Shown piece after piece: positions 16,742 to 28,881 of a DNA stretch of 64,000 nucleotides (position 1 is the stretch's first letter; every line of letters begins with the position of its first letter). Location of the stretch: positions 67,706,001 to 67,770,000 of the forward strand of contig CM052816.1 of NCBI GenBank assembly GCA_028534125.1, given 5' to 3'. The position numbers and the translations under genes are program-made. This stretch comes from Lama glama (taxonomy: Eukaryota). The notes below the pieces were generated by a model. It did not search any database. It worked only from the letters and a program-made list of their open reading frames with translations, and had not been told where the DNA came from.

Positions 16742-18139
16742 CTAAAAAGATAACTGCTAAAAACTCCAATGATTTAAGCAAGATATGAAAATATCATTGT
16801 GAAACATATACTACTCTACTGTTGCATTTACAATGTGGATAGTGTTGAGTGTTGCCTGATAACGTGAGTTTAATGCCTATAAAAAGAAAGGTTCTATTTA
16901 GAAAGTGCATGCTTACTAATAGTATTAATGCAGACCTTTGTTTCTAGGTAGTTAATAAAATGCATCCTAAGACATTAAAGCACTGCATTAATACATTCAT
17001 GAAAACTGCATTGTTTCTAATTATACCACTCTAGCATGCTCAAGTATATTAGAGACAAATGTTTAGAAGAGTATTTTCTGCTCTTTACCCCAGATTCCCA
17101 ATAATTTAAGTTAATACAGATAAAATCTGGTGAATATGCTCATTTTCTGAAATAAACTAAATAAGTATTTAATAAGCTAGGTGAAACCTAACTACACCTT
17201 CTATGACCTCACGATGTTTTTTCAAAGCCTAAATGATTTAATTTGTTTTCTCAGAACATGATAAAGCACTTGGGGTACTCTATATGTAGAGAGTAAAAAT
17301 TATCTGATACAAAAATTTTGATCTTTATTCCATATATAATGTGGCGTTATCAGAATGAAATAACCTACAAGCTGGTAACTTCTGAGAACTAATTCTACAA
17401 ACTAATTTTACCTAATGGGTAAAACATCCACAAATTTCAGAATACACTCATATCCATATGCAGATCTATATGCAACACAATATATATAGGTATGGATTTT
17501 AAAACTTGGTTTATAAGAAACAGTTAAAGCACTGCATTCTGGGGGAAGTAACAATTTTTAAAATACTAAGCTAACTTCAGTAACTATTTTGGAAATTCTA
17601 TAAGGCTACAGAAATTTTTTTTTTATAACACTGATAGGAAAAGGAAATAGTCAAGGAAATACCAGAGACGATAACCACCAGCTCACCAAAAAGTCAAATT
17701 CAAAATCCTGTAGGAATTTTCCACTAATCCTAACTATAAAGCATGAGTATTTTCAGAGAACCAGCAAAAAAAAAAAACAAAAAAAAACAAAAAAAAAAAC
17801 AAAAAAAAAACTACTTAAAACGAAATATGCACTAGAAAGGAAATAGTTAACTAGTTCTACAGAAGCATCAGTACTGTAAGGGGAGAGGAAACCAGTATGT
17901 TAAATACCTCTGTGCCAGAGACTAGCCTAGATATTTTTAAAGAATGCAAAGAACACATAACATTTGAAACTTGCAAATGGGCATTAAAATGATTTCTACC
18001 ACACATATAAAAATTGTCACAAAGAAAGAGGCAATATGAGAAGGAAGGAAGGGAATTTGATTTTCTTATTTACTTAGAACTGTTTGGCTATTTTTCCTGT
18101 TCTGAATATATCATAAAGTGTAAATGTTAGGGGTGGATC

Positions 18140-18328
18140 AGGAGGGAGGGAAGGGGAGAAGAAAGGAAGAGGGGAAGAAGAGACAGGAGAGAGAGAAGGG
18201 AGAGGTGGCCGAGAGGGTGAGGGAAAGGAAGGAAGCAGAAAAGAAGGGAGAAGAGGTTGGGAAGGGTGGAGGGAGGAGGGAGGAGGGAGAGGTGGAGGGA
18301 GTAGAGAGGACAGAGAGAGAGAGAGAAA
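18140..18328. repeat. Low-complexity purine (GA-rich) tract
   Basis: ~190 nt of almost exclusively G/A on the + strand. Confidence 0.9.
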
Positions 18329-19084
18329 TGTTTTCTCAGTTTATCCTGCTTAGTCAATACTTATCCAGGGACGCTCAGATTTATATAGGCAACCAAATTT
18401 ATGGGCTGACTGCATACTAAAAATTTACTCCCAACTCTGGTTTGAAAAGCACTCCCCCTGACCCCCTCCCCCCAGTAACAATGTTATAAGGTGGGGCTAG
18501 GTTCCCAGGCTAGTTCTCAAAATAAGTCACCCTGTAGAACTGCAGTGCATTTGTACAGGAGAAACTCCTGTACTCCCTGACAAAGGTGCTTGTGCTTCCC
18601 ATTGATCCTAAAAGTCTCTCCTCCCCTAAATTTGCTTTATGAGTATCTCTTCTAAGTTCTGTATTTTCAGTCTCCTTCCCTGGTACCCACTCTAACACAC
18701 AGAGGACTCGCCTATCTAAACAAATCTTCCTGAATGATGTGGCCTCCTTAATGTTAGCATGATTTGCCTCTTCTTTCCACTTGTTTGAAAAATACTATAA
18801 TCTTTCAAGCCTATTTCTTATTATAAAGAACAGAGGATGAACATAGTAGTAGCTTAACTTTTAACTATTGCACACATCTAAGATTATTTCTTTAGAATAA
18901 ATGCCCTGAAATGGAATTACTGGGTCAAAATGTACACAAATTAAGACTTCTGGTAATACTGACAAATTATCTTCAAGAAAATACATCTTCCATTCACAAC
19001 ACCCAGGTCAAGTTGCCAATTTAGCTGGTCTGAATTAGTGATAGACTCCTAAGGGGCTCCTTCACTTTGAATTTTACTCCAATC

Positions 19085-19578
19085 CAGACTTCAGAGCAGC
19101 CAAGGTCACTTCCCCATTAAAAGTCTCCCCCTGGGGTTTTCCCCCTGGGGTTAGACTAAAATTCAAAATGTTATGGCCTATGAAACCCTGCACCAACTGG
19201 TCTTACCTCAGCTGAAGTCACCCAGAACCCACCTCTGCTCACCCTTCTGTTTTTTTCATTGCCTAGAAAACTCCAACATCTTTCCTGGCTCAGGTCTTTT
19301 GCACAGGCTGTTTCTTCTCTACTTTTCACCTCATTAATTTAGCTTTTCTTCAACTCCTTAGAGACATTCCCAGTCTCAGTTAGGAACCCCTAGTTCCATT
19401 TTTTTTCTTAGCTCTGTTCTTTAAAGTGCTCATTGCAATTTGCAAACCTGTAACAACCGCCCCCCCCCCAACACACTCCACGAGGGCAGGGACAACTGCT
19501 TCATCTGAGGCTGTATAACCAGTATCTAACCATGTCTGGCTTACAACAGGTATTAAAACAATTATCAAATGAATGATC
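19085..19578 (+). mobile_element. L2 3' end fragment
   Basis: tttgcacaggctgtttct...ctccacgagggcagggac...aaatgaatga terminal motif. Confidence 0.6.
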
Positions 19579-19782
19579 ATTTATTAACATCTTTGCCAGC
19601 CCTAAGGGCCTTCCCAGTTTTAAAACTTAATGAGTATTCATGTTATTTAATCTTTCTCTAGTTCTGTATTTAATTAAGACTAGGTTCGCAGTTTAGATGT
19701 TATTCTGTAGAACAATTTTTGTCGTTTCTAAATTGATCTGCAAATATAAACCTAAGTGTTTTTTCTAATGTCTTCATAATAA

Positions 19783-19963
19783 TTGTATATTATTAATTCT
19801 AAAATGTGCATTTTTCACACTTAATATCTCTGAAATCTGAATGCCTCTTATAATCAAATGTTGTTGTAATTTAATTGGCAGGATTTTATTTCCTTTCTTC
19901 ATGGTATACAAAATAGTGATACAATTTATAGCCAATGGGGTCTTCGATTAAATGAAATATACA
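19783..19963. mobile_element. MER104-like Tc2 MITE
   Basis: ttctaaaatgtgcatttttcacacttaatatctctgaaatc...gtcttcgattaaatgaaatatacag with degenerate inverted ends. Confidence 0.45.
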
Positions 19964-22222
19964 GTGAATCCTTTCTGCTTGTCAGGAAAAAAACCATACC
20001 TGAGTACTGAGTTTCATTTATCTCTGAAACTGAAACCAAATGGGGAAGAAAAACAAGTTTTTCTTAGATACTTTTATGTTTTGTTACAGTCCTAACATAT
20101 AGTCTTTATGGATCAGACATATACAGGTTTTTTTCTTTTTACCAGATATATGTATGTGTGGGTGCATGTATACAGCAGTGATTTGTCATCTTATCTAATT
20201 AATATCATAGCTATAGTAGGAAACTTTTTTTTAAAACACAAACTAATCTAAACAGATAGCTGCATGAGTGTTTAGGAGAGTTATTTTTGCCCCATCTATT
20301 ACCTAGAACCACACTTGTTATTTCAACTAAAATAATAGCTTGTATATTTCTGTCTTTTTAGCAAAGCAAACATACATATTTTGGGAAATACTTTGAAGAC
20401 TTAAAAATAAACAATAAAATTTTAGCCAGATAATTATAAGAAACTTAAACATTGCTACAGATTAAGCTTTATCCTCCTTTCCTGTTTATTTAGAAAACAT
20501 GAGGTTTCTTGCTTTTTTTGGTTTCTAAACATTCCTCAGAATGAATCTGTGATTGACCTAAACTTCAAAGCTTTTCCGCCTGAGATTAGGCTGTCTCTTT
20601 CTAGACCTATACAGTTTGCCTGCTAAAAAATGAGATGGTTCAATGGCCCCTCCTCAATGATGCCACTTGACCCTCCCTTTATATGACCCACTGTGGCACC
20701 AGGAATTGTTGACTGGACTGTCACTCTTGCAGATCTCCCTTCCCTTGTTTTGTAGGAGATGGTTTTTCCCTACTTTTGCTTCTAACACTCTGACTAACCT
20801 CATTAGTATCATATACTAGACCCTCTTCCTGGAGCCCCTTAAATGTCAGCCACTGTCCTCTTCTTACAGCACTAAAATATTCCATTTATAAGCGTACTAA
20901 GATATTTCATACCCCTCTGCCTTTGCAGATGATTTGTTTCCTGAACAGGAATACACTTTTTGTCATCTCATATGCCTTCAGTAAAGAATTTCCTACCACC
21001 ATTCTACAGCAGTTAGCCACTCCCTCCCAGTATGCTTATATTAATTATCACACAGCAGAAACTCAAGTATCTGCTGAAGTATCTGCTTCCCTCACCACAT
21101 CAGGAGCTCTTCTGGGACAGGTTACCCCATCTTATTCATTCTTCTATCATCAGTGCCAAATGTCCTGGTCTAGCCACAAAAGGCACCCTACACGAGGTCA
21201 GAGGGCCTATCCAGCCACAGCCGCCTCCCGGATGAGGGCAGTGTCTGATGCTTGGGGCACCATTCTTTACACATTTGAACCCAGCCTGCAGTCCACAGTT
21301 GGTTGGTGCAAGAATGTGCCCTGATCTAAAGACCTTCTACACTGGATGCTGCTGTACCTCTTAACTAGACTCTTTCTCTATGGGGGTTTAAACACAAGAT
21401 CCATGGATAGTGGGTCACTGCAGGAAAAATGGCCACCAAAACTGAGGAAAAGAGAAAAGTAGTAACTAGCAGCAATAAGAGAGAAATAAGGGAGAAGAGA
21501 GGGAAGTTAGTCAGAAGGAAGATGTGGTTAGAGACGGGAAGAAGGGAAGAAGCAATAAAAGTAAACATAAGAGTTGTATTGTACCTGGGCCCCTGCTATG
21601 CTGTTAGACAACTGGTGCTACTTTCCTACCTCCCTGGGTGGTGAAGCCCTATGTTCCCGTTCCCTGGAGGCCGCATGTATGCGCGGCAGGGCAGTGGAGG
21701 GAAGTAAACTCTCATGTGTCTTTTGTCCCTGCAACCCCAAAGAGCCTGACTAAAACATTAACTCAGCACACTCCCTGACCCAGAGGACATTCAATAAACA
21801 CTGAAAAACATACTCCTACCAAGTTTACCATAATTTCTTTAAAGTATTTCTTAAATGGTTCATCTTTAGCATGAAAATATGTTAGCCAACAACTAGTGAT
21901 TGGAGAAGTAACTGCCAGACATATCATAACCAAAAAAGTAAATGTTACGTGTCAGGCAAGGTGTTAGGTGTTTTATGAGTATAAACTGTACCCTCCCAAC
22001 AACCCTATCAAGTCATTACCACCTAAGGCTTGGAGAGGCTGGGTTACATGCCCAGGGTCACACAGTTGGTAAGCAGCAGGGACAGGATTCAAACTCCAGT
22101 GGATCAGCCTCTGAAGCCTGTGCCCTTAACTGGCCACTGTCAAATCTGATTTTGTACAACAAATTGGCATCGGATATCTATGTTGATATCTATTGATGAG
22201 AATACAAAGAAGTTTAAACATG

Positions 22223-24141
22223 TTATTTATTTATTTATTTGTTTTAGTTGCTTTAATTTTTTTTAACATTTTATTGAGTTATAGTCATTTTACAATGTTG
22301 TGTCAAATTCCAGCATAGAGCACAATTTTTCACTTATACATGAACACACATTCATTGTCACATTTTTTGTCACTGTGAGCTACCACAAGATCTTGTATAT
22401 ATTTCCCTGTGCTATACAGTATAATCTTGTTTATCTATTCTACATATGCCTATCAGTATTTACAAATTTTGAAATCCTACTCTGTCCCTTCCCATCCCCT
22501 GCCCCCTTGGCAACCACAAGTTTGTATTCTATGTCTATGAGTCTGTTTCTGTTTTGTATTTATTTATTTATTTATTTTTGATTCCACATATAAGCGATCT
22601 CATATGGTATTTTTCTTTCTCTTTCTGGCTTACTTCACTTAGAATGACATTCTCTAGGGACATCCATGTTGCTGCAAAATGGCATTATGTTGTCTTTTTA
22701 TGGCTGAATAGTATTCCACTGTATAAATATACCACAGCTTCTTTATCCAGTCAGCTGTTGATGGACATTTAGGCTGCTTCCATGTCTTGTCTATTGTAAA
22801 TGATGCTGCTATGAACATTGTGAAGTAGGGTTCCATCTGGATATATGCCTAGGAGCAGGATTCCTGCGTCATATGGTAAGTCTATTCCTACTCTTTTGAG
22901 GAATCTCCATACTGTTTTCCAGTGGCTGCACCAAACTGCATTCCCACCAGCAGTGTAGGAGGGTTCCCTTTTCTCCACAGCCTCTCCAGCATTTGTCATT
23001 TGTGGACTTTTGAATGATGGCCATTCTGACTGGTGTGAGGTGATATCTCATCATAGTTTTGATTTGCCTTTTTCTGATAATTAGTGATATTGAGCCTTTT
23101 TTCATGCGCCTATTGATCATTTGTATTTCTTCCTTGGAGAATTGCTTGTTTAGGTCTTCTGCCTAAACAAGCAAAATTTTTGGATTGGGCTGTTTGTTTT
23201 TTTCTTATCAAGTCGTATGAGCTGCTTATATATTCTGGAGATCAAGCCTTTGTCAGTTTCATCATTTGCAAAAATTTTCTCCCATTCCTTAGGTTGTCAT
23301 TTTGTTTTACTTATTGTTTCCTTTGCTGTACAGAAGCTTGTAAGTTTAATTAGGTCCCATTTGTTTATTCTTGCTTTTATTTCTATTGCTTGGGTAGACT
23401 GTCCTAGGAGAACATTTTTGAGATGTATGTCAGATAATGTTTTGCCTATGTTTTCTTCTAGGAGGTTTATTGTATCTTGTCTTATGCTTAAGTCTTTGAT
23501 CCATTTTGAGTTTATTTTTGTGTATGGTGTAAAGGAGTGTTCTAGGTTCATTGATTTACATGCTGCTGTCCAGTTTTCCCAAAACCACTTGCTGAAGAGA
23601 CTGTCTGTATTTTGTTGTGTATTCTTGCCTCCTTTGTCGAAGATTAGTTGACCAAAAGTTTGTGGGTTCATTCCTGGGCTCTCTTATTATGTTCCATTGG
23701 TCCATATGTCTGTTTTTGTACCAATACCATGCTGTCTTGATGACTGTAGCTCTATAGTATTGTCTGAAGTCTGGGAGAGTTATTCCTCCAGCCCTTCTTT
23801 TTCTTAATGCTTTGGCAATTCTAGGTCTTTTGTGATTCCATATAAATTTTATTATGATCTGTTCTAGTTCTGTGAAATATGTCCTGGGTAATTTGATAGG
23901 GATTGCATTAAATCTGTAGATTGCCTTGGGCAGTATGACCATTTTAACAATATTGATTCTTCCAATCCAGGAGCATGGGATATCTTTCCCTTTTTTAAAG
24001 TCTTTTTTAATTTCCTTCATCAATGGTTTATAGTACTCCTTGTGTAATTCTTTCACCTCCTTTATTCCTAGGTATTTTATTACTTTGGGTGCTATTTTAA
24101 AGGGGATTGTCTCTTTACTTTCTTTTTCTGTTGATTCATCA
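22223..24141 (-). mobile_element. Relatively young 5'-truncated L1 (~1.9 kb; frameshifted ORF2 C-terminus plus 3' UTR) with TSD
   Basis: ORF2 peptides ([55 protein letters not shown]) in shifting frames. A-rich tail at 22223. TSD core ttaaacatg at 22214-22222 and 24142-24150. TT/AAAA endonuclease site at ~24153-24158. Confidence 0.95.
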
Positions 24142-27100
24142 TTAAACATGACTTTTAAATGGTGAGTTTTACTATAAGAATTAAAGAAGCACATTAATTC
24201 TATTCATTAGTAGAGCACTTTGCTATAATAGGAGTAACAAAGACTATAATGATCATACGAAACTTTTCTGGAAATTAAGGGGGTTTAACCCTAGAGTACA
24301 TAAAGATATCTGGAACAGTTTAGATTATGGATAACTTTATATAAGAGAATCTCAATTCTCTCAGTGTCTGGGTAATGTCAAACAACACTGGAAAATACAC
24401 TGAATTATTTGGGACAGGCAAAATTCAGAGCCACTCAACTGAGGTCTACTTGTGAAGCTCTTAGCAGCAGGAATTCATATACTAAAACCCATAAGCTTTG
24501 TTACTCAGAGGAGCGACAGCAAGGGAGGAACTCTCTCCCAAAACAAAACTAGACTATGGTGGGACCCTTAAAATTTAAGTTTCCAGGTGAAAGGCAAGAG
24601 AAGGAATGACTTTGGTAAGGATGAGGAGAGTGTGATGAATCATAAAGGCTAACAATAGAGGCTAACAGTCCTTTACCATGGCCAGGGCACTGTGCTAACA
24701 GTGCCATGTGGGTCATCTCAGTCAGTTCCCATGAAAATAGGACTCTTCTCATGAGAGTGGGACTCTTGCTATCCCATCCACAGATAAGAAGAAAAGCAGG
24801 GAGGTTTATGTCCAAGGTGATAAAGTATAGGTGAAAAATACAGGATTTAAACTCAGATGAATGATTTCCAGGGCAGAAGGAAAATTAATATTTACAAGTG
24901 CTTAAAATTTGCTGACCTAGATCTGAGGCCAAAAAATCTGTATCTCAGTCCTGGAACACTATTTTCCCTTAAGATAATTTCTCCAGAGATATACTGTCAT
25001 TGGCAACTGTTGGCCTTTTCCCTCTTCTAAGCACGGATTAAATAAAATCATTGGTAAGGGCAACCCTTCCATCTTTATGTAATGCAACATTTATAACATA
25101 TCCAATTTTACATAAGAATAATATGTAGAAGTGGCTCATATTATGAAAATTATCTCTAAGGGATTTCATTCCAGGTTATGCTCAGTAATGTTTAGCCCTG
25201 AGAACTAAGGATGGCACAATACCTATTTATTTATACTGAGAAACAGGCTCCCCCACCCCAGTACAGAGTAGACATCTTCTCTTTAGCACAACAAAGGACT
25301 CTCGTTTTCTTAATATGAATATAGCCATGGTATAGTCAGTTTTATATTGAATCTCTACCAGAATCTTTATCAGAGGGAGAAAACTATTTCTAGTATTGTG
25401 TGCAAACCTTCCTATTCAGTCATTTGAAGGATACAGGCAAAGAATTTCATCCCCCAAAAAGCTCATTGTTATGTTCTGGTTAGTTACATCAAAAGTTAGC
25501 TAATATGGAGATCAAATAACAAAGACAACAATATAGCTTATTATCAACAATGATTATAAGCAGTTTAATTCTGCCTTACTGATTTTGATTGATTCACATT
25601 TATAAATTGTTCTAAACTGATTTGTACATACTAAAAATCAATTTGTCTGATATCATGAATTAGTTTCTATTAAAATATCAGTGCATTTGAATTTTAAGAT
25701 AATAATTATTCTCCAGCAAAAATTACAGGATTCTGAAAAGTAGAACATGGTATAAAAGCTTAAGTATGTATGAAATTAACCAAAATTAAACCATAAGGAT
25801 TAGTGGCTAATCATACTGTAAATACTAGCTGACCTAGGTCAACCTAGACAAGGAAAGTGGAAGTTCTTTGAGGGCAGGACCTTTCCCCTGGCATGTCTGG
25901 CAGCCACAAACAAAGCACCCAGAGCAACAGATGCCATGAGCTTGATAAGCAATTGATGATTTGGAGTTGGAGTAGCTGGTTATCACTTCCAGTCAACAGA
26001 GATCTGGGAAGTAACACTGCAGATGTTGTGCCCAGCACATGTAACGGACACACACACAGCCTGTTTAACCCATAACCTCTACCACAAATGAGTGCCTTTT
26101 GGACACATAAACAATTTCAAAAAGAATAGGAAGAATCAAAAGGCTTTCTACTTCTAAATTAGTAATCAAAAAAGATTGGTTTAATATCACCATACAAATA
26201 TAGTAACAAAGAATTTACAAAACACAGAGAGCTACTAGACAGTATCAAACCATTCTTACAGGTAACAACAATATAGAAGGATTTTTTTGGGAGTCAGTTA
26301 CCTCTGACCAAGTCTATGCAATAAACTACCTATCTCAAAGCCTCCCTTTAAAGAACACAAGTGAATCAAAAAGAAAACTGTATTTTAGCTGTATAATGTT
26401 TCTGTATTTTTTATATGTATATGCTAGAAATGTATGAATATACTTAAAGCAATTGATATGCTACAGAATATTGAATAAACTCTAAGGAATTGATTAGTAA
26501 ATTATTTCTTGTAATTACAATAGTGTGCTACAAATTCAGATACCATTAAAAAACATTTTTTAAATGTACATAAGATACTGATAACTACCAATTAGGACAT
26601 ATTTTATGATTAACAGGATATATTAAATGAAGAAAAAAAGACTCTAGGTTTCAAGAATCACATTTTTGTTTAATTCTGTAATTACATGATATTCAGTGTT
26701 ACTTTGGCTCTGTGGAGTAACACTGAATATCATGTAATTTAATCACTGATGACATCACTCTCTCATGGAACCAAATAGTCCATCCAAATCTGGAAAAAAG
26801 AATAATTCTTCCTTCTAAATATGCTAAGACATGAACATAAAAATCATCAAATTAATATAAGTATGAAACTAATTATGTGTACTTTATCAAGCTGGGGGAT
26901 ACATAACAATCAAATATATTTACTGACAAGTGTGTAACTGACCAGTCAAGAAAATGTCAAACTGCAATAGAAATTAAAACTCACCAGGAGGAAAAGATAA
27001 TTCAGACAGCTCAAATACACAGCAAAATTCAAGGGGAAGTAGCTATGCAGAGATTAGCTAGACTATTAAAATTGGTAAGAATTTTAAAGAAAACTAAAGG

Positions 27101-28612
27101 AAATAAGATGTATCAAGTTAGGTTAGGAAGGACATGAAAATTCTAGAAGATTGGTAATTTGAAATCAGAAAATACTGTTTTTAAAAAAAGCAGTCAAGGA
27201 GAACCAGAGTTGAAGGCAGGCATCTCTTCAAGTTAACACCCCTTATGTGTGCGCATAAAAGAAAACAAATCAGACTTAAGTGAAACCAACATGTTGTCAG
27301 TTCTGTAATGTCTTAAGACTCAAGTTCAATGAAATTCACTGACTTGTCACAAATTATGAACTAAAAATTTGATGGCAGTATTTATGTAGACAAGTAAAAA
27401 TTGTAAAAATGGCCAGAATTGGACAGAAATGAGTTTTGTGATTTTGTAAGATTCACCACCTCACAAAATACATGAAAATCTTAGTGACAGAAAAACAGTA
27501 AGTGCACTTCTGTTATCGGTGACAGACAAAACAAATGGACTAACAAGTTACCAGCTGTTACTGGAACATTTACTACTTTAAGTATTTTTCAAAAATACTT
27601 CTCTTACTCCTCAAAGTAATCACTTCTGTAACAAAATTTCTAAATATTACTATTCTTCCACCCATCTTTCCATGGGAAAAATTCACACTATTCTCACTCA
27701 CAAATTCAGAAGATGTATAGGTCTAATGTAAACCACTTTCTGAGAGCCAGTGTTTACAGGGGACAGTTTAAGACCAAAATGGTCCCATTTCTCATTATTT
27801 CTCTCCAATATAAACCCATGAAAGCTTGAAATACTTTTAATCCTGTAGGCCTGTATTCTTTTGATATTCAATGCTAAAAATTCCACTGTTTATTCCTTCC
27901 TTTGTTGTGTCCTTGATAACTGACGAAGAACCTTTAGCAACCATTGGGGAAAAAAAGGGACGTATGAGCATCCTCTTCCTTAACTGTTGAATATAGATCA
28001 GTAAGCAAGGAAAAGGATGCTACTTTTTTTCATAGTATTTGGCTAAATGTGTATTTCCTTTCAAGAATTCCCCTTTCATGCTACTTGACAAACCTAGGGT
28101 TGGGAATGTGTAAAAGACAACTGATACATAAATGTAAGTGAGCTTTTTCACTACATAGAGAAGTAGATCACAACTCCCTACACCAATACTGGGGCAGTTT
28201 TCAGCAAAGCAGTGTCCTGTCCTGTCCTCCATCTAAGGGCACTGGTACATAATTCATGGCACAAAGCAGGTATTCCAAGGGGAAGAAGATGGCTGCTCCT
28301 TCACCATTTGGGGTTTCATCAGAAAGATCCCAAGTCAGTGTTGGGCAGGGTAGGGGTAGGGGGTCTGATATGTTTTCCTTTGGAACCTCCTCCAATGGGA
28401 GTGCAGCTACATTTTTACAAGTCAATTATTTTGAAAGAAATGTGGCAGCTCAGTTTAAGTATTCTAAGCGATCAAATGAACAAAGCTAATAATTGGGAAA
28501 TTGATCTGTTACTGTACATGTTCCCTTCCTCCATAGTTTAAGAAAAGAGGTTTAGAGTTTAAAATGTCACATTTTGAGTACCTTTTATGTTAATAAACAC
28601 CTTTGGATTATT

Positions 28613-28881
28613 ATTTTTTTTAGTTATATATCATTTAATTATGTTTATTTAATTTTTTAAACATTTTTATTGATTTATAATCATTTTACAATGTTGTGTC
28701 AAATTCCAGTATAGAGCACAATTTTTTAGTTGTACATGAACATATATATATTCATTGTCACATTTTTTCTCTGTGAGCTACCATAAGATCTTGTGTATAT
28801 TTCCCTGTGCTATACAGTATCATCTTGTTTATCTGTTCTACAATTTTGAAATCCCATCTATCCCTTCCCACCCTCCGCCCT
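28613..28881 (-). mobile_element. Short L1 3' end insertion, same family as 22223-24141, with 12-bp TSD
   Basis: Closely similar to 22270-22500 (tcattttacaatgttgtgtcaaattccag...). TSD ctttggattatt at 28601-28612 and 28882-28893, followed by a canonical endonuclease site. Confidence 0.92.

Noticed and set aside
17766..17810. A-rich run (A-tracts broken by C), possible orphan retroposon tail
   Set aside because: No element body or TSD visible; treated as a simple repeat.
18124..18420. Glu/Arg/Lys/Gly-rich ORF (similar one at 62479-62767)
   Set aside because: Translation of low-complexity purine tracts.
22654..24194. ORFs resembling retroelement protein
   Set aside because: Frameshifted, 5'-truncated L1 ORF2 pieces, not a functional gene.
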